Under the pieces are notes generated by a model. The model ran no database searches, was not told where the DNA came from, and worked only from the letters and a program-made list of their open reading frames with translations. This document shows, one piece after another, positions 1 to 12,798 of a DNA stretch of 64,000 nt. Position 1 is the stretch's first letter. Every line of letters begins with the position of its first letter. This stretch comes from Nymphaea colorata (Eukaryota), in NCBI RefSeq assembly GCF_008831285.2, contig NC_045138.2:8122001-8186000 (forward strand). Reading direction: 5' to 3'. The position numbers and the translations under genes are program-made.

Positions 1-2371
1 ATCATATCTTGAGTGGAAAGTTGGCTCGTTCACCTATGCGTTGAATGATCTAAACATGTATGTGAAAATAAACGAGTGAGTGAAGATAAATGAATACTCT
101 TTTCCACGAACGGTCGGCAAGTTAAACTCTATAGCGCACCAAATCCATACCGTCAAGGGTTGGATCCACTCGAATCATGAATGTAATCTACCTTATGAAT
201 GAATAGCAATCAAATTGAGCTCATCTTAAAATCAGCCAGTTTTTTATTCAAATGTACATTTCTGAAAATTTTCAGAAATCTCTATGACTTTGAAAATCAG
301 TTTATCAAAATTGATGAAAATTTGAAAGCCTAAACCAGTTGGATTCAAAAAAAAATCTCTCTTGATCAGAATCCAAGTGCTTTGGCATCATTGATAGTCA
401 AAGTCGACAGCAACAAAGAGAAATCAGATTGCTACAAGACCCTTTGGAAATACACTATTCAAGTCATTTCAATCCAAGTTAAAGTTTCAAAGGGAGAAAC
501 TTTATCCAATTTATGAAAAGGAAAATTTCTCCATTTTTATGGACATCCATGTTTCAGCCAAAATAGACTCAATTCAAGTCAATGAATCTTAGGCATTCAT
601 AAATCCTAGATTTTAAAAATCCAGATGAGCCCATCGACCTTGCTATAAAATCTCTTCTTGATTTGAACATCAAGATTGGGTCTAGAGGTCGTCCGACATC
701 TCCTATTTCTCAAAATCAACCAATGAATGAAGTCCAGTTAAATTGTGCATGGAGAGGAAGAGATCGAAGCATGGATAAACATGTAGTTTATTTCATGAAT
801 GAATGCATACACTCACTCCAGAAAAGTACTCAAGCAACCTAGCCAAAAATTAATTGAGTCAAGTCGGAGTCACTACCATGACCAAGTCATATTGTGACAA
901 AAACTTGGGTTCCTCATTTACTTCAAAGTGAAAACATCACAAATTTTACAATCATTGCAAAATAAAGATTTTCAAAAAAAATCTATGATGTTTGGACCTC
1001 CTCTAAACCAAAATCACCACAAAGAATTGATGTTCAATCCAAATCAACAATTCATCCAAGGCCAAAATATAAAATTTAAAACCCAGAGTCTGAACTCAAT
1101 CGGAGTCTCTTCAAACCTAGTCTGAATCAAGAAAAACTTCACAACTTTGGCCGTTCCTCAAAACCAAAGTTTCAAAATCAAGATTCTGGCCATTCAAATC
1201 GAGGTTCAAGCTTCAACCAAATTTATTCCAGATTTCTCAGGATCAAACCACCAATCTGACTTCTCCAAACCTAATTTTTAAATTTTGGCCTTGAAAACAA
1301 ATCAAATTTATGGTTCCAAATCCTAAGATTAATTCAAAAACAATTTGTAGACCTTCAAGAATTTTTCCAAAACAAGTTTCAAATCCCAAATCCAAGCAAT
1401 TTTAAAAATTTTAAATTGGTCCAATTTCAGCCATTCCTAGCCCAAATTTTCGACCTTCAAGATCCAATTCTCAACTCCAAAATTCTAGTCTCAGAATAAC
1501 TAACTAGACTTCAACCACCTAGTTCCCAATTTGAGCCAACATCTGATTTTGAATCCCAAAAGCAATTTCTATAAACCAACAGAATTCAAAGCAAATTTCT
1601 AATCTAGACCAGACCAAACTCAAATTTCCAAACCAAGTCCAAACAATTCCAAAATCTTGCATAGGTATATAGAAGAAATAATGTGCCAAGCTTGAGAAAA
1701 CCTAGACCTTGGACTGATTACCCCAATTAAAGGTGGCAGAAGCTGTCAGGCCTCGTACCAATGGTGGATCTCTCTCAATGAAAATCTATTTCAAACAAAA
1801 TTCCAATTGTGTTGCTTCGTGCGACTCCTTGTTTGTGGGAGGGGTGCAACAACTTGATGGAAAATGTTGGAGGAATGAAGTTTCTCGAGTAAGCTCGTTA
1901 AGTTAGTTTAATATGAAATGAAGTAAGTTGGCTTCCACTATTTGGTTGTCACATGACTTGTACATAAATGAATATTTTTGCTAATAAAATCACTTTACCA
2001 TTTTCTTCCCTTCCGCAAGAGCTTTGTGTATCTTTCTTTTTCCTCTAGTACCATGCTTTGCTATTTCTGCATTTCACAGTCTGTACTTAGCAAACCTGAG
2101 CATCATCAAATCTGCCCTCCTAAGTAAATTACTTAATTATCTTTTAATACTTCATAGTCATTCACTCATTTACATATTGGTTGCTTCTTAAAAGTTATTG
2201 TTTAAAGTATTAATGTTTCTGAGCCAATTTTGACTCCAATGCCATATGTGAACAAAACAAAAATGGCAAAGCCAAATACGATGAAAACCGTAGCTGAATA
2301 AGATAACCATAGTCCAAAATGACCAATTTTCTTAGATCAAACTCTCTCTAGCATACAAGAGATATGGATAA

Positions 2372-2524
2372 TAAGAATTGTCACACTTTAGTCTAAACAT
2401 CTAAAATGTGCAAAGTTAATGGATGAGATTGCAATCTGGCTTTTATTAAGAATTGTCACACTTTAGTCTAAACATCTAAAATGTGCAAAGTTAATGGATG
2501 AGATTGCAATCTGGCTTTTATTAA
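2372..2524. repeat. Perfect 75-bp tandem duplication
   Basis: taagaattgtcacactttagtc...ggcttttat starts at 2372 and again at 2447. Confidence 0.95.
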
Positions 2525-5500
2525 CTTGAGTTGTAGTAATGAGAGCTAAGTATGTATAGTAGAATCCTATATCTTCGTGGTGAGATAGGAAACAAGGAAA
2601 TATGCAAGTCATGAATGTAGAGGAATGGCAAAACAACATTCGAATGACTCCATCTTGTCCTTCATTTTCCTGAATCATGATAGGTATGATGCATTATCTC
2701 AACTTCATGAACATCGTAGAATACTACTTAAGTTTATGTGTAAACGCATTCATCAAATTTGAACATTAATCGATCTAATTTATGCTGCTCAACAATGAGC
2801 CAAGTATATTAGCTTGGATAAAAGCCTAAAATTTATAAACCGGTCCTATAAAGTCTTGGGCACTTATTATGTGTGTGTGCTCATGCACAAGAATTATTAA
2901 AATGATCTGTTATATTAGTTGTTTTGATATCTTCATTGTTGCTTTCTTTGGAATCAACCCTGAATTTTAGAGTCTGACATGCATGCATGTTGAGTCATAC
3001 GACATTTGAAATGTCAATTTTCTGAAGGTTAAATACTGGGATATTGTTCTTTTAGACTGGGAAGCTTGATCCGAATTTAATTGGCCTCCCTTTTATGTCC
3101 TAAACTTCTATTTTAAAGGTTGGCATCTCCTGTTACTGTTATGGTTTGAAATAGTAGAGACTCTGTGTGGTCATCTATGTATGATGACATTGGTCTTTTT
3201 GAACTACATAAATCTTTGTGATTTTATGTGTTAATTATTTTCATCTTCTTTTTGTTATTAATTTCAATAGTATGAGAGGGCATCATTCTTAACATCTTTG
3301 GCCAAAAGAAAAAATGCTTGTATGTTTACATTCAGAAAACCTACATGTAGATTCTTTTTGCTAATCATCCACATAATGGCCAAAATGGGTCAAAGAACCT
3401 AGCTAAAAGGTTGTGGTTTTTTAGGTAATTTTTTCTTTTACTAGAGTCAAGGAAAAAAAACTGATCCTAAATGTTTACAAGGATGGTGACAAAACGACAC
3501 CGATGCAACTTTGCACAGTCAAAAGATACACCAGGCTTTGGCTTGTGCAAATAGTTGATAACCATGTGAGTCGAACTGTGACCATATACCTTAATGCCAA
3601 TTCCCTTGGATCTTTTAGAAACTGTTTGGCGATGGAAATGGTTTGCTATTGTTCCATGAATGTACTCCAAATATTAAGGCAGATTTATGGAACATAGTGC
3701 TATGTTCATAGAACAATAATAAACCATTAGTATTCCCCTTTGGTGGCATCTTTGCTTGAGCTTTATCTGGATCTGAACTAAAACAACCGTTCTGCAAACA
3801 CTCTTCCTGGGGGGATGCCCTCTAATACTAGCTAGTATTATGATATTCTGAGAAAAAGTAAAGAAGAACTTGAGATAAGTATTAACTTTACAATTTTAAA
3901 TATAAGCCTCCCAATTACTTTGTGGCTTTCATTGAATCATTAGATCTGGTTTACACCCATTTAGCAAAAGTGAAAAAGAAGCCACCTTGGCTTTATATCT
4001 ATGTACATAGAAATTAACTCATTCTGAGTGGATAACAATATGTCATGTAGGAACAGCTTTTATGGAGAATTATTGAAATGCACAATAAGTGGAAATCTAT
4101 TCTTATATGGGTAACTAGATATTAACAACCAACTGTTAGGATGACTCAGACAATGCTCTCTTACTTCGATCTCTCTTTATTAAAGACAATGTACATTAAT
4201 GAGAAACAAAATTGTGTATTAACAAGAATTTGAGATGTCCCAAACAATAATTTCTTGAGAAAAAAATGTCAACTATGAGTGCACAACTAACCGTAAGTCT
4301 TCGAGTAATAATGGCATACAACACAGTTCTCAATGCTGGAAAAGATTATACATTTGGTTCCTAAGATGGGGAGTTTATGTACCGCCCAAATAGCCAATGG
4401 TTAGCCCTCCATCCTTCCCACCTTACATTGGCAAAAATGAAAGGAAACAATTTCTTACTCATCTCCCCAGCGTCCCCTAAACAATCTACCCCAAGGACGT
4501 ATTATAACTTCGATGTCGTAGTTCCTGGCCTGTGAAGATGCGTACATAAATATGGTAGATGGCCAGACCACCTATATTTAAAAGCCACTAAAGACAATAT
4601 TTGTTCCACCTAATTTTCTGATCTAAGATCCTCAGTGATCTCACCGTGGATCTTGGATATGAACCAAACAAATGCCCATTGAAAAAATCAATAAGTATTT
4701 CACAATTTGGTGTCCAGAAAAGTTACCCTGATCATGGCTCCGTTCCCGGGCATGTGAGGTGGTTTTTTTGGCTGTCTACAGATCGGTGCAGAACTTGCAT
4801 GATCCGCACACAGTACTGAACCACTGCAAATATGAAACACTAGCGGAACGCCATTTTGGTCTTTTACATAAACCCATGACTCGAACTCGGATTGGCAGAT
4901 GACCAAGTCACCTGGTCAGTGAGTTGACTCGTAGACTCGGTGAATTGACTCGTCAACTCAGTCGAGTTTTAAAATAACTTGAATCGGCCGAGTTAGGGAC
5001 GAGCCAGGGGCAAGCCGAGTCGGCTTTGACTTTTGGCCAGGTTTTCTAGCAATCTGAGATGACTCGGGCAATTCCCAGACCAACTGACGGTCAGCCAACG
5101 ATGACACAGTGTTCTAAGGGATGATGTAGAGTGGCCTGCTCCTTAAATGCAAGGAACTGGATGGCCTGTTCGGTTTTCAAAATGTCTTCTATGAAGCAGA
5201 TATTTAACCCATGAGTGTGTCTTGTAAATAAGTTTCGTTTTTAGAAATGACTTAAGTGAACGACTAATCGCATACTGATCCCATTCGACACAAGGATCTT
5301 GATGGGCCTTTCTTTTCTCCCCATTTTTCTTTGAAAGACCATCCCCTGTTGTGAGCCTTCATTGCATGCCTAAAGCATTATCGTGACGATCTTTGGAAGC
5401 CTATGCGGCTATGCTTGTGCTTGATAAGAAGTTTTTTTAATTATTATTTTGTATATTTTTCATTTATTGTTTCCAAAACACGTATATGTAGTAATTTTTT

Positions 5501-5814
5501 AATTTTCTTTTGTTAATCGATTCAACTATTACCTTGATGAATCAGCAGCGTCACTAAGTAGGCAACCTAGCCGGTTTGATTCACTTTCTGATTTTATAAC
5601 ACTCGGAAATGCTACTTAATTCTAATTGGTTGGATTAGTGGGACCTGTCATATAGGTGGTGGTCTCTTCGGGACCGGGCACAGTAGGACAGAAGGGTCGA
5701 TTTAGAGGTGTAAAGCACGACTGGTAGTCGACATCGTCGCCAACAGAAGGTGCCAAGTGTCCGTCCAGTTACTGGGTCAGGGAAATGGGACCTTCCGAAG
5801 TGAAACCTGAGCGG

Positions 5815-6043
5815 CAGGGGCAAAGCCACATGTAAGCATGTGTGGGCAATTGCCCACGCAGTCCCCTACTAAATCTATATATTTATGTATCGGTTGGCCC
5901 AAATTATTTTGCTTATTAATGTATTTGGGCCCCTCAATTATTTAGTTTTTTTTATTTGGTAGCCTTGATCATTTTTAAAGGGCCGACTTTTTCTTTTTTC
6001 TAAATTAATGCCGAAGAACCTGAAATCTCTGGCTCCGCCCCTG
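5815..6043. mobile_element. hAT (Tip100-like) MITE
   Basis: TIRs caggggcaaagcca / tggctccgcccctg; flanks ctgagcgg and ctcagtgg (6/8 match, degenerate 8-bp TSD). Confidence 0.75.
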
Positions 6044-6129
6044 CTCAGTGGGCTTTCAAATGTTTTCTTGCTGGTCCAAAGTTGGGAGCAAAGAATTAAA
6101 CAAATATCATCTTTTGATGAATGAACATG

Positions 6130-9100
6130 TTATAAACTAATAGATCTTCATTTATAAAGTAATGAAGCCTGGCTGCTCGTGCTCATTGTTAGCAGAGCCA
6201 TATATATGCTTTTTGGTGGATACAGAAGTGCCTAGCTAAGTGGGTTTCTGTCAATCTCGAGTTCGAAATGTTTATGAGCTTTTTTCTCACGTCTTTTCCG
6301 AACCAAAGAAATCGTCTTTGGAAGGAGCTTCGAGGATAAGAATCTCTGAAACTCATAATCTATGTAAGATATGCTGCAACGAAGGAAAAAGCAGTCCAAA
6401 TATGTCTCCAGTCATGAATACACTAAAAGTATACTTAAATATACTCTTAAAAAGCAACAAAAAGGGCGATTCCTAGGCCACTAATCACCAGCGAAGGAAG
6501 AAAAAGGTCGTGCACGCGTGGTCAAGTACTCTGACAGACGCAGAGGCAGAGGATGAGTCCAGGGGAATGTGTTTGTGCTTAAAATTTCAAAACGGCCAAA
6601 GTTGGAGGATTTAGAGCCTCTTCTAATCCAGAATTAGAAGCTGAGAGTTGATGACACAATGTTTTCCTTTGTTCTTTTCTTCGAAGATGAACAAGGCCAG
6701 GGGTCGAGATAAAAATTTTGGTTGAAGGGCATTAAATTCAAAATCTTTCATTTACTTTGGAGGCAACAGTATATATACATAATCAACTACTTCAAGGCAG
6801 TAATGTAAAAACAAACATATCTTGTAGGGTTGATGTGGGCAACTGCCAACACCAACCCACATATGGCTCACCCACTGAGCTCTGCCCATGCTTTTCAGAC
6901 TTGTTGGAGATTAGGCAAACCGTGGCCCTGCAAGATCACTGAGACCTTTTCACTTCACCTTTGACCGGGTGGCAGAACCACATGCAGACCTATGCCCACA
7001 CAGCCCTCTGGATTCTTTTTTTTTTTTTCAAACCCAAGTTTGACATACAAGCATTCTAAGCACCTGGTTTGGAGCTCTTATCCAAACTCCCTTGCTTAAA
7101 ATGATAGGGTCTTGACTAAGTCTGCCAAAAAGTAGGGAAAAAATGGGAAAATGTCTTTCCAAGTGCACAAGAGGAGCAGGTGAGGGCAGAGAAGGAGGGG
7201 CTCGCAAGGGCCCTGGTTCCCCCTCAAAAAGAAATGCAAATGTAAAGTTTAGAAAATTTCATTTGTCCTATTTGTTTTATATAAAAATTTTGAAAAATCA
7301 TATTTTGGTCTTATCAAAATTTAAAAACTTTAATTCAGCTCTGCTCTTGAAAAAATTCTGGCTCTGCTCTTGAAAAGGAATACCTCAAAGTTCAAGTAAC
7401 AATGGAAAACCTTCATCCACATGCCACTCAAACTAGTGATACATCACCTACCAGCCACTAGCTCAAGCCAGTTCTAAATACAAACTGAGAAGGGCTGCTT
7501 ATTTTTTGTTACACCCATTTGAAGTGACTTCTTGTTATGGGGGTCGAACACTTGAACGGTGCCTTTGACCAAGAACAGACATGTTTCTTCACGTTAGGTT
7601 AGCCAGTGTGATACTCTATAAAGCAAAAACTAGTAGTATTTATGAGCGTCCACACAACAATTAAACTCAAACTAAAACTAGTAGTATTTCTGAGCGTCCA
7701 CACAACAATTAAACTCAAATTTTCGTGCATTTCTACTGATAGATTGGAGCTTCCAGGTTCATTTCCACCTCACAGACATGAACTCAAAGGCATATACATG
7801 TTCTTATTCATAAAAGATGGCCGGAGAATAGAAAAGGGGAAAAGTGATATAGGCTTTCATATGAAAGCTGGATGAAAGATTATTTTAGTTGAAATATGTA
7901 TTGCAGGTAAAAAAACACGTTTGAGAATCTTGAATATATATATAGATATCAGATTAATTCTTCGTTTTTCTTCAGTGTTTTATGCATTAATCCCCAAACG
8001 CGCCAGCTGAAAGCATTAATTTATCTCCATGAACAGTGAAATTTAACGATATAATTGGATTTTTCTATTCAACTATCATCTTCTCGATCTTACCAAAACA
8101 ATTTTGTCTGCAAGTAGTGAGGGCCATCGAGAGTTGCACTACATTCTGCAGTTCTTGTGAGGGATATTTTTCTTGCTATCACCAAAACAAAGTGAAGCTT
8201 TGGAATCACTTTGAATGTATGATTTGAAAACACTTACTCTTTCTCCTTATCTTCCTACTTCTCGAGAAGCTGTCGACGTGTTTGTGGGTTTAAAATCCGC
8301 ATGCAGATGCCCATTACAATATAGTGTATCTAAATGAAGTTCGATCTTAATGAGAATTACCAAAATACAACTTGGGTACGATGATCCAATTTTGATTTCC
8401 CTTACTTGGATTCGATTTTTTTCCCAAAAAAAAAAAAAAAAAAACTGAGTCCAAATTACCTTATCCAGGAATATTAATCAATATTCTGATTTCTCTAGAC
8501 TGGTCTTTTATTATATATTGGCAGATGGTCGAAACATTGCGACAAAGGTTTTAAAATATGGGCACTCAAAATATTTTGAAAATTTTGAAAATAGAGAAAA
8601 GGATATATTTTACCAATATTTTGTCAACAATATTGTCATATTAATGTGAAAAACATATGTATGCCAAGATCTTAAAAATATATACATTTTATATTGTTTT
8701 AAAAATAGCAAACTAATAAATAATGGCGAGACATGGCACCGGTGCATTGGTGACTAAATCAACCAAACTAATTCCAATCGGCAGCCAATTTCTGGAACAC
8801 TGATTTGACGTAAACTGATACCGAGTCTTATATGGCACTCTTCTCCTTTATGCCTTCTCAAAATGTCAGGCCGGATGAGCAACCACACTGGTGTTTTCAA
8901 ATAGGTGGGTTAGGATACTTAAAATTAGAATCATATATACCTCTTTAACCATATCCTCGTTTTCGAATTTTCATATATACGAACAAAGAAAAAGTCATAT
9001 TTAAATTTGAATTCCAATTTCCCAATTCAAATACATTCATGTCTAAATGCAAATCCCAATTTTGGACTGAATCTGGCCGATTTTCAAAATGTAAAAAGTA

Positions 9101-10466
9101 TCAAATATAGGATATTTATTTAAAAACTAAATCCAATCTGAATCCAATATATCATTCCTTAAATGTAAATCCAATTTGATTTCCTAACTGGATATTAAAT
9201 TTTTTTTCATATCCAATTTTTCTAGAACAGTCAATCAGATATCCGATCCTAATCATATAGATTGAGAGGTAGGAACCACAAATTAATGTCCAGTAACCAT
9301 TTGCATCCCATATACCACAGATTAATTGGTGTATAAAAAATGCTCTATATTTTCACAATCTCATTTAATCATCTAAAGAAAGATTTGTGGCTTCGAAATA
9401 TGCTGATTTCCATGCATTTCGTCAAAAGTAAACGAATGATTAAACAAAAAAGTTGCGGGTGGTTTTTATACAAATATGTGACCATTTAATAAACAAATGT
9501 GTTAAAACTAAGGCACATCGTATTCGAATCCAATATGTGGACATCGTTATACGGATGGTTCATATATTGTTTTCATGGTCTTCTCTTGTTTGAACTGTAG
9601 TAAATATTCTCATGGTCTCCTATTGTTTGAACTGTACTAAATTCAAAATTCCATCTTATCTATTAGCTGACGCAACCTTCCGACGTTTACATAGTTTTAT
9701 GTAGAATAAGGAGCAAGGCCTATTGAGTGACGCGAGCTTTGGAGGTTTCCTCAGCATCCGTGGGAAAAGGGAAGAGGAATATGGAAGATCATGATCAACG
9801 GCATACTAACTTGTTAACATTTGAGTCATGTGATGCAACACATGTTTGATCTTGTGGAAAATATGTTTGAATAGGAATAAGGAAAAGTTTACACCACATT
9901 CAAGTCGGATTTTAAATTTGCAATCTGAACCTGATATGAATCCTACTGTTACTTTTACATTCGAATCAGAACCCAACTTTTAAATATAAAACTGAATCTG
10001 ACCCACATTATAACACGTCAAGTACAACCCATTAAAATGAATGGATATTGGGTATTGGATATCTGATTGAAACTAAATCTGTAACAACCTGACCCACCCA
10101 CTCCTCGTCTCGGGCCCTTCGTTCGGCGGATCTCAACCTGCCCTCTATCAGTTTCGTCTCCAGCTTCAAAAAACTATGAACCAAGATAAGCATCTCATTA
10201 ATGACCGATCCCTCATCATTTTCATTAGGGGACTAAATTTCTAATGTATTACAAAATCTAAATTTGAGTCCGAATATTGAATATTTGCTTGAAACCAAAT
10301 CCAAATCTGATCATATGTCTTTTTCATCCAATTCCAGTTCAATTATTTATTAAATCGATTTTTTTTATCATATCCAATCTAGTTGGACATCCGACTTGAA
10401 CCCCATTCTATGGACACCCATGATGAGGCTGACCTTATGCTTAAGGTTTCTTAACAAAGAATCCTT
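6130..10466. repeat. Copy A of an old tandem segmental duplication
   Basis: Collinear blocks match copy B: 6130-6520/10510-10910, 6580-6680/11180-11290, 7750-7865/13772-13892, 8005-8490/14005-14495, 8720-8810/15180-15270, 9310-9460/15308-15450, 9720-9850/16110-16238, 9890-10466/17105-17514. Confidence 0.88.
7181..7372. mobile_element. Degenerate Tip100-like hAT MITE
   Basis: Body resembles the reverse of 11785-11980 and the copy at 40889. Ends gagggcagag / ggctctgctctt; boundaries approximate. Confidence 0.55.
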
Positions 10467-10983
10467 ATTGTTAACAGTAATAAAGATAGTCTTTTAATGC
10501 ATGAATTATTATCAGCTAATAGAACTCCATTTTATATATTATTAACTGAAGCCTGGCGGCTCATGCTCATCGTTAACAGAGATATGTACATGCGCCTTTA
10601 CTGGACAAGTGCATGCCTCGCTAAGTGGAGTTCTGTGGATTTCTATCTTTTAAATATTGTTTAATTATGAGTTTCTTCTCTGATGTCTTTTCTGTACCAA
10701 AGAAAGTGCAATCCTTCTTGAAAGAACTTGGCGGATAAGCGTCTCTGAAATTGATAATTTATTTAAGATACAATTGGTTGAACATTAAAAACTAGTCTAA
10801 ATAAGTCTGCAGTCATGAGTCCACTAAAAGTATACTTAAATATATTCATAAAAAGCAACAAAAAGAGGGAAACCTAGGCGATTAATTACTAGTGAAGGAA
10901 GAAAAAGGTGGTTTACGGGTTGAGCAAGTACAAGCGGCAGAGGCTGATCCGATCCGGTTTTGTTCATGAACTTTTTTTTGTCG

Positions 10984-11178
10984 TAAGGGCGGAGCCACAA
11001 ATTTTTTGTGGCAGGGTCAAACTATAGTTTCAAAATTTTAACAAGAGTCAGAATAGAAATTTTTAAATTTTTTATATATATTAAACCAAAATTTTTTAGA
11101 TTTACATATAAAATTCTAAAGTTTTTATAATATGAGGGAGGGCCAAGCCCCCTGCAGGCCCCCCTCCCTCCGCCTCTA
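10984..11178. mobile_element. Tip100-like hAT MITE, in duplication copy B only
   Basis: taagggcggagcc ... ctccgcctcta; absent from the matching site in copy A (about 6560-6580). Confidence 0.75.
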
Positions 11179-11784
11179 ATGTTTAAAATTTCAAAACATG
11201 CAAAAGTATGAGGATTTAGAGCGAATTCGAATTCATAATTAGAAGCAGTAAAGTGATGACAGGGTTTTTCTCTTCTTATCTTTCGCGACGATTCATACTA
11301 AGAGTGCATATAAGTTTTGGTAAAACCCACATTGTTTTTGTAAAAAGTAAGCATAAGCAAACCATGGCTGGAGCCCGTGCAAGTCTGCTAGGACCTTTCT
11401 CCTTCACCTTTGACCAGTGGCAAAGCCACACATGTGGGCAATTGCCCACACGGCCCACTGAGTTCTAAGCTGATAATTAGGCTAGACACATAGGTTTGCA
11501 TGCACCTTGGAGTTTTTGTTCAATTATAAATTGACATAAGTCTTCTGACTGTGCTTTTGGCTACCTACCAAATATCATGCTGATATTTCGGCCTCTACCT
11601 ACCAGATATCATGCTGATATTTCGGCTTTAAAGCTACTGCTAAGTTCTTTTCAGCTAAAACTTTCTAGTTCTGCCACTGCCTTGACCCATAAATTGTGGG
11701 TTGTGTCCACATTTTAACGCTACATGTATACCTCATGACTATAGCTATTAAAGTATTCGTGATCACATACCTAGCAGCCCACTT

Positions 11785-11980
11785 TAGGAGCGGAGCCAAA
11801 AACTTTTCATTAGGGGTTGAATTAGAGTTTCTAAATTTTGATTAGAGCCGAAATATCATTTTTCAAAATTTTTATATAGAACAAGTGAAATTTTATAAAA
11901 TTTACATGTAAATTTTTTTATAAAAAAAAAATTGAGGTGGGGCTAGGGCCAATGCGGGCACTACCTTGGCTTCGCCTCTG
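11785..11980. mobile_element. Tip100-like hAT MITE
   Basis: TIRs taggagcggagcca / tggcttcgcctctg; perfect 8-bp TSD GCCCACTT (11777-11784, 11981-11988). Confidence 0.9.
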
Positions 11981-12710
11981 GCCCACTTCCACCCCATTGC
12001 GCTCTATTTTGGAATCTGTGTAAGCCTTGTTTTGATGGACACTGGTGGTCTAGTATATTGAATCTTGCGCGGCTTCTTCAACCTTTTAAGTTTTAAGCTA
12101 ATCTGACCCTCTCAACCTGTCATGTAGGCCTTGTTTTGATGGATACTCAGCTGGTGTATTGAATCTTGAGGTTTTTTCAACTTGGTAGTTCTAAACTAAC
12201 CTAACTGTAGCCAGTATATATGCTGAGCACCTCCCTTTTTTTGTGTAAACTTTGATTAGAAAAAGAAATGTACATGCCATCACCAAAAAAAGGCAGCTAC
12301 AATCATATTGTATATGAAAAGTCTTCTCCTTTTCTTAGTGTCCTTTGCACACTAGTGATCACACCTTTTCTAATTATTTTGAATTCACTTGGGGGAAACC
12401 ATTAAAAAGCGTTGCTTTGAAGGTGAATCAGAAAATTTATAAGTTATTTGACAATAATCAAAACATATTGATTAGTATTGAAAAGGAAAAGATTCGGACT
12501 AGGCAGTTTAATTATAAAAGACTCATATATTGCATGTTGATATTTCTGAGATGAATTGGTGAGATAAATCAAAGAGAAAAAAATTTTAATTAATGTTAGA
12601 TGCATAACTAAAATATCTTATCTCATTTTTCTCCTTAATTTTCTCTCAATTGTCTATCTTTAAAATGGTTAAAATGATTATATATGAGGTTAGGGCTTAT
12701 AAGTCATGTG

Positions 12711-12798
<88 letters not shown>

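Noticed and set aside
9785..9853. C/D box snoRNA or miRNA hairpin
   Set aside because: The box matches are non-canonical (ATGATCA, TTGA) and pairing does not extend past 6-7 terminal bases.
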